Shown one piece after another: positions 26,199 to 34,796 of a DNA stretch of 64,000 nt (its first letter is position 1; every line of letters starts with the position of its first letter). A program made the position numbers and the translations under genes. The DNA is taken from positions 3,769-67,768 of the forward strand of contig JBBDYC010000014.1 in the NCBI GenBank assembly GCA_040901985.1, in the 5' to 3' direction. The notes under the pieces are model-generated. The model saw only the letters and a list, made by a program, of their open reading frames with translations, had not been told where the DNA came from and searched no databases. Source of the DNA: Gemmatimonadaceae bacterium. GTDB lineage: Bacteria; Gemmatimonadota; Gemmatimonadetes; Gemmatimonadales; Gemmatimonadaceae.

Positions 26199-26941
26199 CG
26201 GCTGCGCTGGACGCGCTGGGCGCGGCGGGAGGGGTCCTGCGGGCGGTCGCTCGCCCCGACCGGATCGCCAGGCCGTTGCAGTGGCAGCTCGCCTCGGTGC
26301 GCTTCGTCCGGCAAGTGACGGAGAGCGCCCTCCCCCTCATCGGCGCGGCCATCGCCACCGCCGCGCTCATTTCGTTCGTGCTCCACGACCAACTGGAGCG
26401 GTTCGGGCTCGTGACCCTCGTCGGGCCCCAGCTTTCCCTCGTGCTGGTCCGCGAGATGGCGCCGGTCGTTGCCTCCTTTGTGCTCCTGACGCGCACGGCG
26501 GCGAGCCTCACCGCCGAGCTGGCGACCGAGCGCGTGGAAGGCGAACTCGACGCGCTCGATGCGATGGGACTCAGCAGCGTCGAGCTCCGCCTCGCCCCAC
26601 GCGTCATCGCGATGACCGCGACCGGTGCCGTGGCGATGCTCGTCGTTACGCTGCTCGCGGTGCAGACCGACCTGCTGCTCACTCGATTCCGCGGCGACGG
26701 GGACTCGGGCTCGCTCACCGACGTCGTACGGATGACCTTCTCCCCGTTCGAACCGCTCTGGACGGTCCTCCTCGGCGCCGTCGTCGGCGCGCTGCTCGCC
26801 GTCGTCGCGATCCACGTCAGTGCCGACGCGCGGGCGCAACACGACGTAGCGGTCGCCGTACGCCGGTGCGCGCTTCTCGGCCTCGTCCTCCTCCTCGTCG
26901 TGCACGGCCTCGACACGGCGTTCCGCCTCGGGTTGCAATGA
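26195..26941 (+). CDS. MlaE-like ABC permease (divergent)
   Basis: 'LVREMAPVV........AASLTAELAT.RV.GELDALDAMG......L.PRV.A'. Confidence 0.85.
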   Translation: MTAALDALGAAGGVLRAVARPDRIARPLQWQLASVRFVRQVTESALPLIGAAIATAALISFVLHDQLERFGLVTLVGPQLSLVLVREMAPVVASFVLLTRTAASLTAELATERVEGELDALDAMGLSSVELRLAPRVIAMTATGAVAMLVVTLLAVQTDLLLTRFRGDGDSGSLTDVVRMTFSPFEPLWTVLLGAVVGALLAVVAIHVSADARAQHDVAVAVRRCALLGLVLLLVVHGLDTAFRLGLQ

Positions 26942-27612
26942 CCGATGCCCCGTTCCTCGTCGAGGGACTCGCCGACCCGGAGGATGCCGGCGGCGTGCCA
27001 CTCACGCTCGCCGTGCGCGCCGAGGAGTGGGTCGTCGTCCGCACGTCACCGACACGCGCCCGGCGCCTGCAGTTCGCACTCCTCGACCTGGAGCGCGCCG
27101 GGACGACGGCGGCGCCAACCGCGGCACGGGTGCTCGGCGAGCCGATTCCGTTCCCGTCGCGGCGCGTCGGCGACGGCGTGCGCGCCCGACTCGGCACGCT
27201 GCTCAATCCCGACGGGCTGATCTCGGCGTGGACGCTGTGGGAGAATCTCGCGCTCCCGCTGCTCGCACGGCGCCAGGCCACGACGACCAGCCGCGTTCGT
27301 GTCGAGCGGGCACTCGAGCGATTCGGCATTGGCGCCTGGCGCTTCGCCCGCCCACCCGGCGTCCCGAACGACGTGCGCCAGCGCGCGGCCCTCGCGCGCG
27401 CCACGATCACTGATCCCGAGGCCCTCCTGCTCGACGACCCGCTGGCGTCGGTGGCGAGCCGCCACGCCGATGCGCTCTACAGCGAGTTGCGGGTGCGCGT
27501 GCCGACGGCGCTGATCCTCGTGCACCGTCGCGCCGAGTCGCTGTATGCGCGCGCCGACCGGGTCGGCACGTGGGACGCGCGCGGCTGGCGCCAGATGGGG
27601 AGCGACCGATGA
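26938..27612 (+). CDS. MlaF-like ABC ATPase homolog with degenerate motifs
   Basis: 'LIS..TLWENLALPL' and 'RQRAALARA...DPE.LLLDDP'; no Walker A or LSGGQ; ATGA overlaps on both sides. Confidence 0.75.
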   Translation: MTDAPFLVEGLADPEDAGGVPLTLAVRAEEWVVVRTSPTRARRLQFALLDLERAGTTAAPTAARVLGEPIPFPSRRVGDGVRARLGTLLNPDGLISAWTLWENLALPLLARRQATTTSRVRVERALERFGIGAWRFARPPGVPNDVRQRAALARATITDPEALLLDDPLASVASRHADALYSELRVRVPTALILVHRRAESLYARADRVGTWDARGWRQMGSDR

Positions 27613-28526
27613 GTGGACAATGGGGGGCGGCCGACCGTCGCGCGGGGATCATCCTCGCCATCGTGGCGGTGTTGCTGGTGGGCACACTCGGGTGGCTCGC
27701 GCTCGACGTCACGGGGCCCGAAGAGCGCTGGTACGCGGACTTCGACCGCGTGGAGGGACTCGCGCTGCAGGCGCCGGTGCGGGTCGAGGGGTTCACGGTC
27801 GGACGCGTCACCGCGGTGCAGCCGCTCATCGGCGCGGATGGCCACGTGCGCTTCCGCGTCAGCCTGCGCATCCCCGTCACGCGCGATCCAATTCCGCTTC
27901 CCGAGGGGACCGTGGCCCGCATCTCACCGCCCCTGCTCGCGGGGCAGGGGGCGCTCGAGCTCGTGCGTCCAATCGGGATGGCGGCGACGCTCTCGGCGGG
28001 GAGTGTCCTTCCCGGCGAGCTCGCGCCGGGCCTCGTGGGCGAACTCGCGCTCACCGTGGAGCGGCTGCGACGGACGGCGGAGAGCATCACCCGGCTGAGC
28101 GACACGATGACGACGCTCTCAGCGGGGGTGCGCGGCGACATCACGGGTGTCGCGCGCAGTGCGTCGGCGATGCTCGTGCGCGCCGAGTCGACGATTGCCG
28201 CGCTGCAGTCCGAGATTGCGGGGCTCGGCGAGGTCGTGGACGCGGGGCGCCAGGTGCCCGAACGCATCGTGGCGCTCGTGGACTCCCTCGACCGGCTCGC
28301 CGGCGAGACGCGCGCGGCGATCGTGCGCGCCGATGGGATGCTCGCCGCGGAGGGGCCGCAAATCCGGCGGATCGTCGCGCAACTCGACACGGCGACGGCG
28401 GCGATGAATCACGTCATCAAGCGATTCGCCCGCCGGCCGCTTCGGATCTTCACCGGCCTCGACACGACCAACTTCCCACCACCGGCGCCGCTCGATACGA
28501 CGAGGCGAGACGAGGGGCGCCCGTGA
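27609..28526 (+). CDS. MlaD/MCE-domain protein with helical extension
   Basis: N-terminal TM; 'F..VEGL...APV...GF.VGRV..V'; long coiled region. Confidence 0.88.
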   Translation: MSGQWGAADRRAGIILAIVAVLLVGTLGWLALDVTGPEERWYADFDRVEGLALQAPVRVEGFTVGRVTAVQPLIGADGHVRFRVSLRIPVTRDPIPLPEGTVARISPPLLAGQGALELVRPIGMAATLSAGSVLPGELAPGLVGELALTVERLRRTAESITRLSDTMTTLSAGVRGDITGVARSASAMLVRAESTIAALQSEIAGLGEVVDAGRQVPERIVALVDSLDRLAGETRAAIVRADGMLAAEGPQIRRIVAQLDTATAAMNHVIKRFARRPLRIFTGLDTTNFPPPAPLDTTRRDEGRP

Positions 28527-28560
28527 ATGGTCGTGCCGAATAGTGTGAAGTAATACCTAA

Positions 28561-28770
28561 TACCCGGGACCGATCCTCGTCGCGCACGGAGCGAACGATC
28601 CGATATGGTCGGTGGAGGATGGTCCGGATCACCTGCGCGGTACGTTTGCGCGCCACGGTGTCACGTCGCGCCGCATCTTCGACGACGAGCAGCACGGCCT
28701 TTCGGATTGGGGGGCGATTGCCCGTCGGATGCTCTTCCTGAAGTTCCTGGAGCATACCCTCGCGCCGTGA
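28561..28770 (+). pseudogene. C-terminal remnant of an S9 prolyl-oligopeptidase-family peptidase
   Basis: Frame reads YPGPILVAHGANDP...RIFDDEQHGL...FLEHTLAP*; preceded by an in-frame TAA and no start codon. Confidence 0.7.
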
Positions 28771-28790
28771 TCATCCCCACGCATCGGCAG

Positions 28791-29711
28791 TCAGCGCCCT
28801 CGGAAAAACTCCCACATCACCCGCGTGGCGTCCAGCGCTCGACTGTCCGTCCCCGAGAGCCACGCGGGGCCCGCGCCCCCGCCGGGCCACACGTGCCCGT
28901 CCCCGTGCAGCGTGTACAGCACGACGTCGCCGCCTGTGCAGGCGGCATAGCTGCGCTGCGACGCGGCCTTCGAGAGGACGGAGTCTCGTGGAATCGGCGC
29001 GCAACCATTGCGCTCAGCCCACTGCGCCACCCAGTCGGTGACACTCGGGAATGCCCTCGCCGAGATCCAGGTCGTCCCTCCGCCATACGGGACCACGGGA
29101 TCCTCCGTACCGTGGAACACCACAACGGGCACGGGCGGCGCGCTGACGCACGCGCCCCACGGCTGCAGTTGGGCGCCCGCCACGATTCCCGCGGCCGCCA
29201 CCCGGTGCGGCTCGGCGCACGCGAACGCGAAGGTCATCGCGCCGCCATTTGACAGCCCGTTCACGTATACGCGTGCGGGGTCCACGCCGTACCGCGCCAC
29301 GAGCGTGTCAATGAGCGTCGCGAGAAACTCGACATCCCGCGTCACATTGGCCCCCGCGATGGCGCGCCACGCCCGCGGCGATGCGCGCCCGGCACCCGAC
29401 GGGTACGCGACAAGGAACCCCTCGACGTCGGCGAGGTCGTTCCAGCCGCTGATGTCGCGCTGGGCCGCACCCCAGAGATTCCCTCCGTGCAGGCTGATCA
29501 CGAGCGGCACCGGGCGCGAACGGTCAATGCTCCGCGGCACGTGCAGGAGGTAGCCGCGCTCCACTCCACTGATGGTGATGAATCCCGTGCTCCGGTTCCG
29601 CGCGTAGAACGGTGCGCCCTCCACCAGCGCCACCACGCCGGGCAGGTTGATGCAAAAGAGCAGTCCGGCGAGGACGCTGACGCGCCGCCGCGACGGTGCT
29701 GAGCCGTTCAT
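28791..29711 (-). CDS. LpqC/PHB-depolymerase-like alpha/beta hydrolase
   Basis: 'PLVISLHG', 'GLSNGG', 'FHGTEDPVVP', 'GHVWPG'; ATGA overlap. Confidence 0.9.
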   Translation of the reverse strand: MNGSAPSRRRVSVLAGLLFCINLPGVVALVEGAPFYARNRSTGFITISGVERGYLLHVPRSIDRSRPVPLVISLHGGNLWGAAQRDISGWNDLADVEGFLVAYPSGAGRASPRAWRAIAGANVTRDVEFLATLIDTLVARYGVDPARVYVNGLSNGGAMTFAFACAEPHRVAAAGIVAGAQLQPWGACVSAPPVPVVVFHGTEDPVVPYGGGTTWISARAFPSVTDWVAQWAERNGCAPIPRDSVLSKAASQRSYAACTGGDVVLYTLHGDGHVWPGGGAGPAWLSGTDSRALDATRVMWEFFRGR

Positions 29712-31342
29712 CGGTGCCGGTTCCACGCCAGGGCGAGCGGCGCCGCCGACACGCGGACGAGCGGCACACTGACCGTCGCGAGCATCAACAGGAGAAAGCG
29801 TGGCGCATACGGCGTCGCGAAGAGCCAGAGCAGCGTTCCGTACACGGCTGCCACGCCGCCCAGCCAGGTCGCGGCACCAATGACGAGCGAGCGCTCCGTC
29901 ATCTGATTCGCACGATGGAGCCGCACCGCGATCCACGACCCAAGCGCCATCCGCGCGGCGATGATGACGCCAAGCGTCCAATAGAGGGCCACCCAGAACC
30001 AGGCGCGGGCGCCGCTCTCCCACGCCCAGTCGAGCACCGGGACGATCACGGCAATGAGGCAGAGCATCGCGATGGCGCTTCCCTTCACGAGCGCCGCACG
30101 CCCCGTGAGGCCCAGGTAGAGGCTCTGCACGATCTGGCGCCACGTGGTGAGCATCAGCATCGCGAGTACCAGCGCCGCGAACACAATCGCGCGTGGCGTC
30201 CCGGTCACGGCTGCAATGCTGCCCGCTCGTGTGGCGACGACCCCCCACGTGTCCGACAGCACCAATGCCGCCGGCACCGCGAGAAGCACCAGCGTCCACG
30301 CGGCGGCGGTGCTCCACACGGCCACACGGATCAGCGCGGCCACCAGCGCGGGGCTCGACAGCGGTCGTGTGGCGGTGAACGGGCTCACGCCGTAATCGTC
30401 CCCCGCGCCAGCGTGCCGCGCCGCCACCGCGGTGAACGACGCGAGGAACGGGGGCGTGAGCGCGACGATCACGAGTACGGCGAACACCATCGCCGGGGCG
30501 CCTCGCGCCGCCCACAGGATGAGCAGTTCCACCGGGAGCACGATTGCCACCATCACGGGGAGCGAGCGCCCGAAACGCAGCCACTCGAGCCAGCGCTGCG
30601 CAGCAGCCGCGCTCGTGAACGGCGGGCGGGTGCCGCGTTGACGTCGGACGAGTCGGCCGAGCGCCGAAGTCGTGCCGCTCCAGTCCGCCACATCGCCACG
30701 CCGCGCCCTCGCGACGGCGCGCCAGGCCACGAGGTATGCGAGTGGGAGCTGCGGCGCGAGCAACGCGATCATCCGCGCTTCGCTCACCCCGTACTCGATC
30801 GCGAGCACCTCTGCCACCTGGATCGCGGACATCACGACGACCGCGACAGCGACGCGGAGCCCCGGGAGCGGGTATGAAGTCCACACGATTGCCTGCAACC
30901 ACGCCAACAGCACCATCAGCACCAGCCCGATCCACAGATACGGCACTGTGTCGGCGAGTGCGGCGGGCAGCGGCGCCAGCATCCGCGCGGCGAGCCAGAG
31001 CAGGCCGACCGCCGCGCCTCCATAAAGCATCGGGCACGCCGCCAGTGCTGCGTTCGTCACCGGCAACGCGAGCAGGCGTGGTGGAAAGATCGATCGCCGT
31101 CCCGCGAGGTCACCAGAGTATCCGAACGTGAACACGACGACGAGCCAATAGAACACCGCTGACCCGGGCACCAGTATCGCAAAGGCGTACGCCCCGCCGA
31201 ACGTGGCAAACATCGGCTCTCCCACGGCACGTTCGACCAGCCGCAGCCCGACCAGCACCACCATCCACGCCGCGAGCGCGACCCAACCCCAGCGGTGCTG
31301 GCGGAGGAACTGCCAGCCCAATGTTGCGGCGTGCGTGCGCAC
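29708..31342 (-). CDS. ABC exporter permease (two-module membrane protein)
   Basis: About 12 hydrophobic helices; two similar 'LPV(T/S)...L' / 'RPLS...L' motifs; follows the ATPase. Confidence 0.7.
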   Translation of the reverse strand: MRTHAATLGWQFLRQHRWGWVALAAWMVVLVGLRLVERAVGEPMFATFGGAYAFAILVPGSAVFYWLVVVFTFGYSGDLAGRRSIFPPRLLALPVTNAALAACPMLYGGAAVGLLWLAARMLAPLPAALADTVPYLWIGLVLMVLLAWLQAIVWTSYPLPGLRVAVAVVVMSAIQVAEVLAIEYGVSEARMIALLAPQLPLAYLVAWRAVARARRGDVADWSGTTSALGRLVRRQRGTRPPFTSAAAAQRWLEWLRFGRSLPVMVAIVLPVELLILWAARGAPAMVFAVLVIVALTPPFLASFTAVAARHAGAGDDYGVSPFTATRPLSSPALVAALIRVAVWSTAAAWTLVLLAVPAALVLSDTWGVVATRAGSIAAVTGTPRAIVFAALVLAMLMLTTWRQIVQSLYLGLTGRAALVKGSAIAMLCLIAVIVPVLDWAWESGARAWFWVALYWTLGVIIAARMALGSWIAVRLHRANQMTERSLVIGAATWLGGVAAVYGTLLWLFATPYAPRFLLLMLATVSVPLVRVSAAPLALAWNRHR

Positions 31343-31343
31343 C

Positions 31344-32126
31344 CTAGGCCAGCGGCAGCGGGGCCGCCGGCGTGCCGACGCGCGCGTGGAACACCTCGCT
31401 CAGCGTGGGCGCACGCCCGTCCAACCGGTGCGACTCCCGAATCTCCGCGAGTGGCGCACTCAGGATGATCCGGCCCTCACTGATCATGATGACGTGATCC
31501 GCCACCTCCTCCACCTCGTCGAGCAAATGCGACGAGAAGAGCACCGTGCGCCCTTCCTGCGCGACGGTCCGCAGCACCGCGCCGAGGATGTCGCGGCGGA
31601 CAATCGGGTCGAGGCCGGACGACGGCTCGTCGAGCACCAGCAGCTCCGGGCGATGTGCCAGCGCCGCCAGCAGTCCGGCACGCGCCTTCTGCCCTTTCGA
31701 AAGTGTCTGGAGCCGCGCCGAGGGATCGAGGCCGAACGCACGACGCAAATCGTCGGCGTACGCGTCATCCCAACCTTCGTAAAAGGCACGTGTGTAGCGC
31801 AGCAGCTCCTCGACCCGCATCCACCCTGGCAGGTCGTTCTCCTCCGACAGGTAGCCGATGCGCGACAGCACCGCGACCGGCTCGGCCACGGGGTCCAGAC
31901 CGAACACGCGCACCGTGCCGCTTTCCGCGCGGAGGAGGCCGAGGATGTGTCGGATGAGAGTGGTCTTGCCGGCGCCGTTGGCGCCGACAAGGCCGTAGAC
32001 GACGCCGCGCGGCAGCGAGAGCGTGATGTCGTCCAACGCTGGCCGCTGCGCGAAGCGGCGCGAGAGCTGTGTGAGCTGAATGACCGGTGCGGCCACGCGA
32101 TGGCCGACGTCGGGCTGACTGTCCAT
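31344..32126 (-). CDS. ABC transporter ATP-binding protein
   Basis: GANGAGKT, LSKGQ, LVLDEP, SSH. Confidence 0.95.
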   Translation of the reverse strand: MDSQPDVGHRVAAPVIQLTQLSRRFAQRPALDDITLSLPRGVVYGLVGANGAGKTTLIRHILGLLRAESGTVRVFGLDPVAEPVAVLSRIGYLSEENDLPGWMRVEELLRYTRAFYEGWDDAYADDLRRAFGLDPSARLQTLSKGQKARAGLLAALAHRPELLVLDEPSSGLDPIVRRDILGAVLRTVAQEGRTVLFSSHLLDEVEEVADHVIMISEGRIILSAPLAEIRESHRLDGRAPTLSEVFHARVGTPAAPLPLA

Positions 32127-32304
32127 CAGCGGCAATCTCCACTTTGCCGGCTCCGGCGGCCAGTGCCCGGGCCTTGGATTCACGGTTCGACTGAACCTCA
32201 CCCGCTACATTGGACACTGGAGTCAAGTTCTCGAAGCAGGGGAAGATCTGTGTGAATCCGTCCGTGACCTTCCCGTGTGCATCCGCCACCGCCAAATTTC
32301 AGGG

Positions 32305-32436
32305 ATGGGCAGCGACCGTCGTGCGATGACCGTCCGCATCGTTCCGGTAGCCAGTCGCGAGGCGGCGCAGCCGCCCGCCGGGACCTCGGCTGCCAAGCCA
32401 ACCTTGAAACGCAACACTGAGCCTCACGGGACGTAG
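32305..32436 (+). pseudogene. Truncated paralog of the 6870-7079 small protein
   Basis: MGSDRRAMTVRIVPVASREA vs MRTDKSQMTARIVPLASDEA; similarity is lost after ~25 codons. Confidence 0.7.
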
Positions 32437-32518
32437 ACCTCCTCCGGGATTCTGAAGCCTAGTCGCTCCCTCACCTCGCTACCCCGCAACCGACTACGGG
32501 CGTTAACTTTAGCGCCCG

Positions 32519-33820
32519 ATGCCATCCGCCTCCCCCCGCATCTCCGAGCTCGGCCCCAAGGTCGGCGCCACCGTCACCGTCCAGGGCTGGGTCACCACGA
32601 CCCGCTCCTCCGGCAAGGTCGCCTTCGTCACCGTGCGAGATGGCTCCGGCCTCCTGCAGTGCGTCGTCGTCAAGCCGCAGGTCACGCCCGAGGTCTGGGA
32701 CGCCTTCCAGTCCCTCACGCTGGAGACCTCGCTCGCGGTGACCGGCGAGGTCAAGGCCGACGCCCGCGCCCCCGGCGGCGTCGAACTCGGCATCACCGAC
32801 CTCAAGGTCCTCGGTCCCAGCGCCCTCGACTACCCGATCCAACCCAAGGAACACGGGATTGATTTCCTGCTCGACAACCGCCACTTCTGGCTCCGCACGC
32901 CGCGGCAGGTGGCGATCGCGCGAATCCGCAACGAGATCGAGCAGGCGATCCACGACTTCTATTATGAGCGCGGCTTCCTGCGCGTGGACACACCGATCCT
33001 CACCGCCGCCATCGGCGAACGGAGCGGGCTGTTTTCCACCGAGTACTTCGACGAAGGAACCGCCTACCTCGCGCAGACGGGCCAGCTCTATGGCGAGGCG
33101 GCCGCAGCGGCATTCGGGAAGATCTACACCTTCGGCCCGACCTTTCGCGCCGAGAAGTCCAAGACGCGCCGGCACCTCACGGAGTTCTGGATGATCGAAC
33201 CCGAGGTGGCGTTCAACGACACGCACGCCAATATGGACCTGCAGGAGGAGTTCGTCATCTACCTCGTGCAGCGCGTACTGGAGCGCCGGCAGGCGGAGCT
33301 CAAGGAGCTCGAGCGCGACGTCTCCAAGCTGGAGAAGGTGAAGGCGCCGTTTCCGCGCATTGACTACACGGACGCCGTCGCGACACTCAAGAAGAAGGGA
33401 AGCAAGACGGTCTGGGGCGAGGACCTCGGCGCCGAGGACGAGACGCTGCTGGTAGAGGATTACGAGACGCCGATCTTCATCTGCAACTATCCGAAGGAAG
33501 CCAAGGCCTTCTATATGAAGGAGAACCCGGCCGACCCGCGGACGGTGCTTTGCGACGACCTGCTCGCCCCCGAGGGATTTGGCGAGATCATCGGCGGGTC
33601 GCAGCGCGAGGACGACCACGACCGGCTGCTCGCACGGATCCACGAGGAGAAGCTCCCGGTCGAGGCCTACTCCTGGTACCTCGACCTCCGGAAGTACGGG
33701 ACCTTCGTGCACTCGGGCTTCGGCCTCGGGCTGGAGCGGACGGTGGCCTGGATTTGCGGCACGCCGCACATCCGCGAGTGCATTGCCTTCCCGCGAATGA
33801 TGCACCGCCTGCACCCGTGA
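32519..33820 (+). CDS. asnS: Asparagine--tRNA ligase
   Basis: OB fold; 'FGPTFRAEKSKTRRHLTEFWMIEPE', 'GEIIGGSQRE', 'HSGFGLGLER'. Confidence 0.95.
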   Translation: MPSASPRISELGPKVGATVTVQGWVTTTRSSGKVAFVTVRDGSGLLQCVVVKPQVTPEVWDAFQSLTLETSLAVTGEVKADARAPGGVELGITDLKVLGPSALDYPIQPKEHGIDFLLDNRHFWLRTPRQVAIARIRNEIEQAIHDFYYERGFLRVDTPILTAAIGERSGLFSTEYFDEGTAYLAQTGQLYGEAAAAAFGKIYTFGPTFRAEKSKTRRHLTEFWMIEPEVAFNDTHANMDLQEEFVIYLVQRVLERRQAELKELERDVSKLEKVKAPFPRIDYTDAVATLKKKGSKTVWGEDLGAEDETLLVEDYETPIFICNYPKEAKAFYMKENPADPRTVLCDDLLAPEGFGEIIGGSQREDDHDRLLARIHEEKLPVEAYSWYLDLRKYGTFVHSGFGLGLERTVAWICGTPHIRECIAFPRMMHRLHP

Positions 33821-34776
33821 GCCAGCCCCTGGCGCGCAACGCCGGCCAGCCGCTCGACCTCGACGTCGTGCGGGCGATTCGCGTGAACCGGAGCGCGGCC
33901 GAGCGGCGCGCGGCGACGATCCCTACGCGCCGCACGGTGAAGAAGGAGTGGCAGGCGGCGTGGCTGCTGAAGGCGATCACGCTGATGGACCTGACGACAC
34001 TCTCCGGCGACGACACGCCGGGGAACGTGAAGCGGCTCTGCGCCAAGGCGCGCCGCCCGTTGCGCGAGGATATCGTCGCCGCGCTCAAGGCCGAGTCGCT
34101 GGGCATCACCGTCGGCGCGGTCTGCGTCTATCACCAGCTGGTGGCGGTGGCGGTCGAGGCGCTCGACGGGAGCGGCATTCCCGTCGCGGCGGTCTCGACG
34201 GGATTTCCCGCCGGGCTCTCGCCCTTTGAGCAGCGCCTGGCGGAGATCCACGCTTCGGTGCAGGCGGGCGCGCGCGAGATTGACATCGTCATCACGCGCG
34301 CGCACGTCCTCACGGGGGACTGGCCGGCGCTCTACAACGAAGTCAAGGCGTTCCGCTCCGCCTGCGGTGATGCGCACCTGAAGGCGATCCTCGCCACCGG
34401 CGAACTGGCGACGCTCACGAACGTTGCGCGCGCAAGCTGGGTGGCCATGCAGGCGGGCGCCGACTTCATCAAGACGAGCACGGGGAAGGAAGGCGTGAAC
34501 GCGACGCTCGCCGTGTCCCTGGCGATGGTGCGGCAGATCCGCGAGTATGAGGCGGCCACGGGATTCAAGGTCGGGTACAAGCCGGCCGGTGGGATCCGCA
34601 CGGCAAGGCAGGCGCTGGATTATCTCCTGCTGATGAAGGAGGAGTTGGGTGATCGCTGGCTCCAGTCAGACCTTTTCCGCTTTGGCGCCTCGAGCCTGCT
34701 GACCGATATCGAGCGCCAGCTCGAACACTTCGTGACGGGTCGCTATGCGGCGGCCCATCGCCACCCGATGCCCTGA
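33817..34776 (+). CDS. deoC: Deoxyribose-phosphate aldolase
   Basis: 'DLTTL', 'GAREIDIV', 'ADFIKTSTGK', 'KPAGGIR', 'RFGASSLL'. Confidence 0.96.
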   Translation: MSQPLARNAGQPLDLDVVRAIRVNRSAAERRAATIPTRRTVKKEWQAAWLLKAITLMDLTTLSGDDTPGNVKRLCAKARRPLREDIVAALKAESLGITVGAVCVYHQLVAVAVEALDGSGIPVAAVSTGFPAGLSPFEQRLAEIHASVQAGAREIDIVITRAHVLTGDWPALYNEVKAFRSACGDAHLKAILATGELATLTNVARASWVAMQAGADFIKTSTGKEGVNATLAVSLAMVRQIREYEAATGFKVGYKPAGGIRTARQALDYLLLMKEELGDRWLQSDLFRFGASSLLTDIERQLEHFVTGRYAAAHRHPMP

Positions 34777-34796
34777 GCCCCGAGACAGGACGAGCG

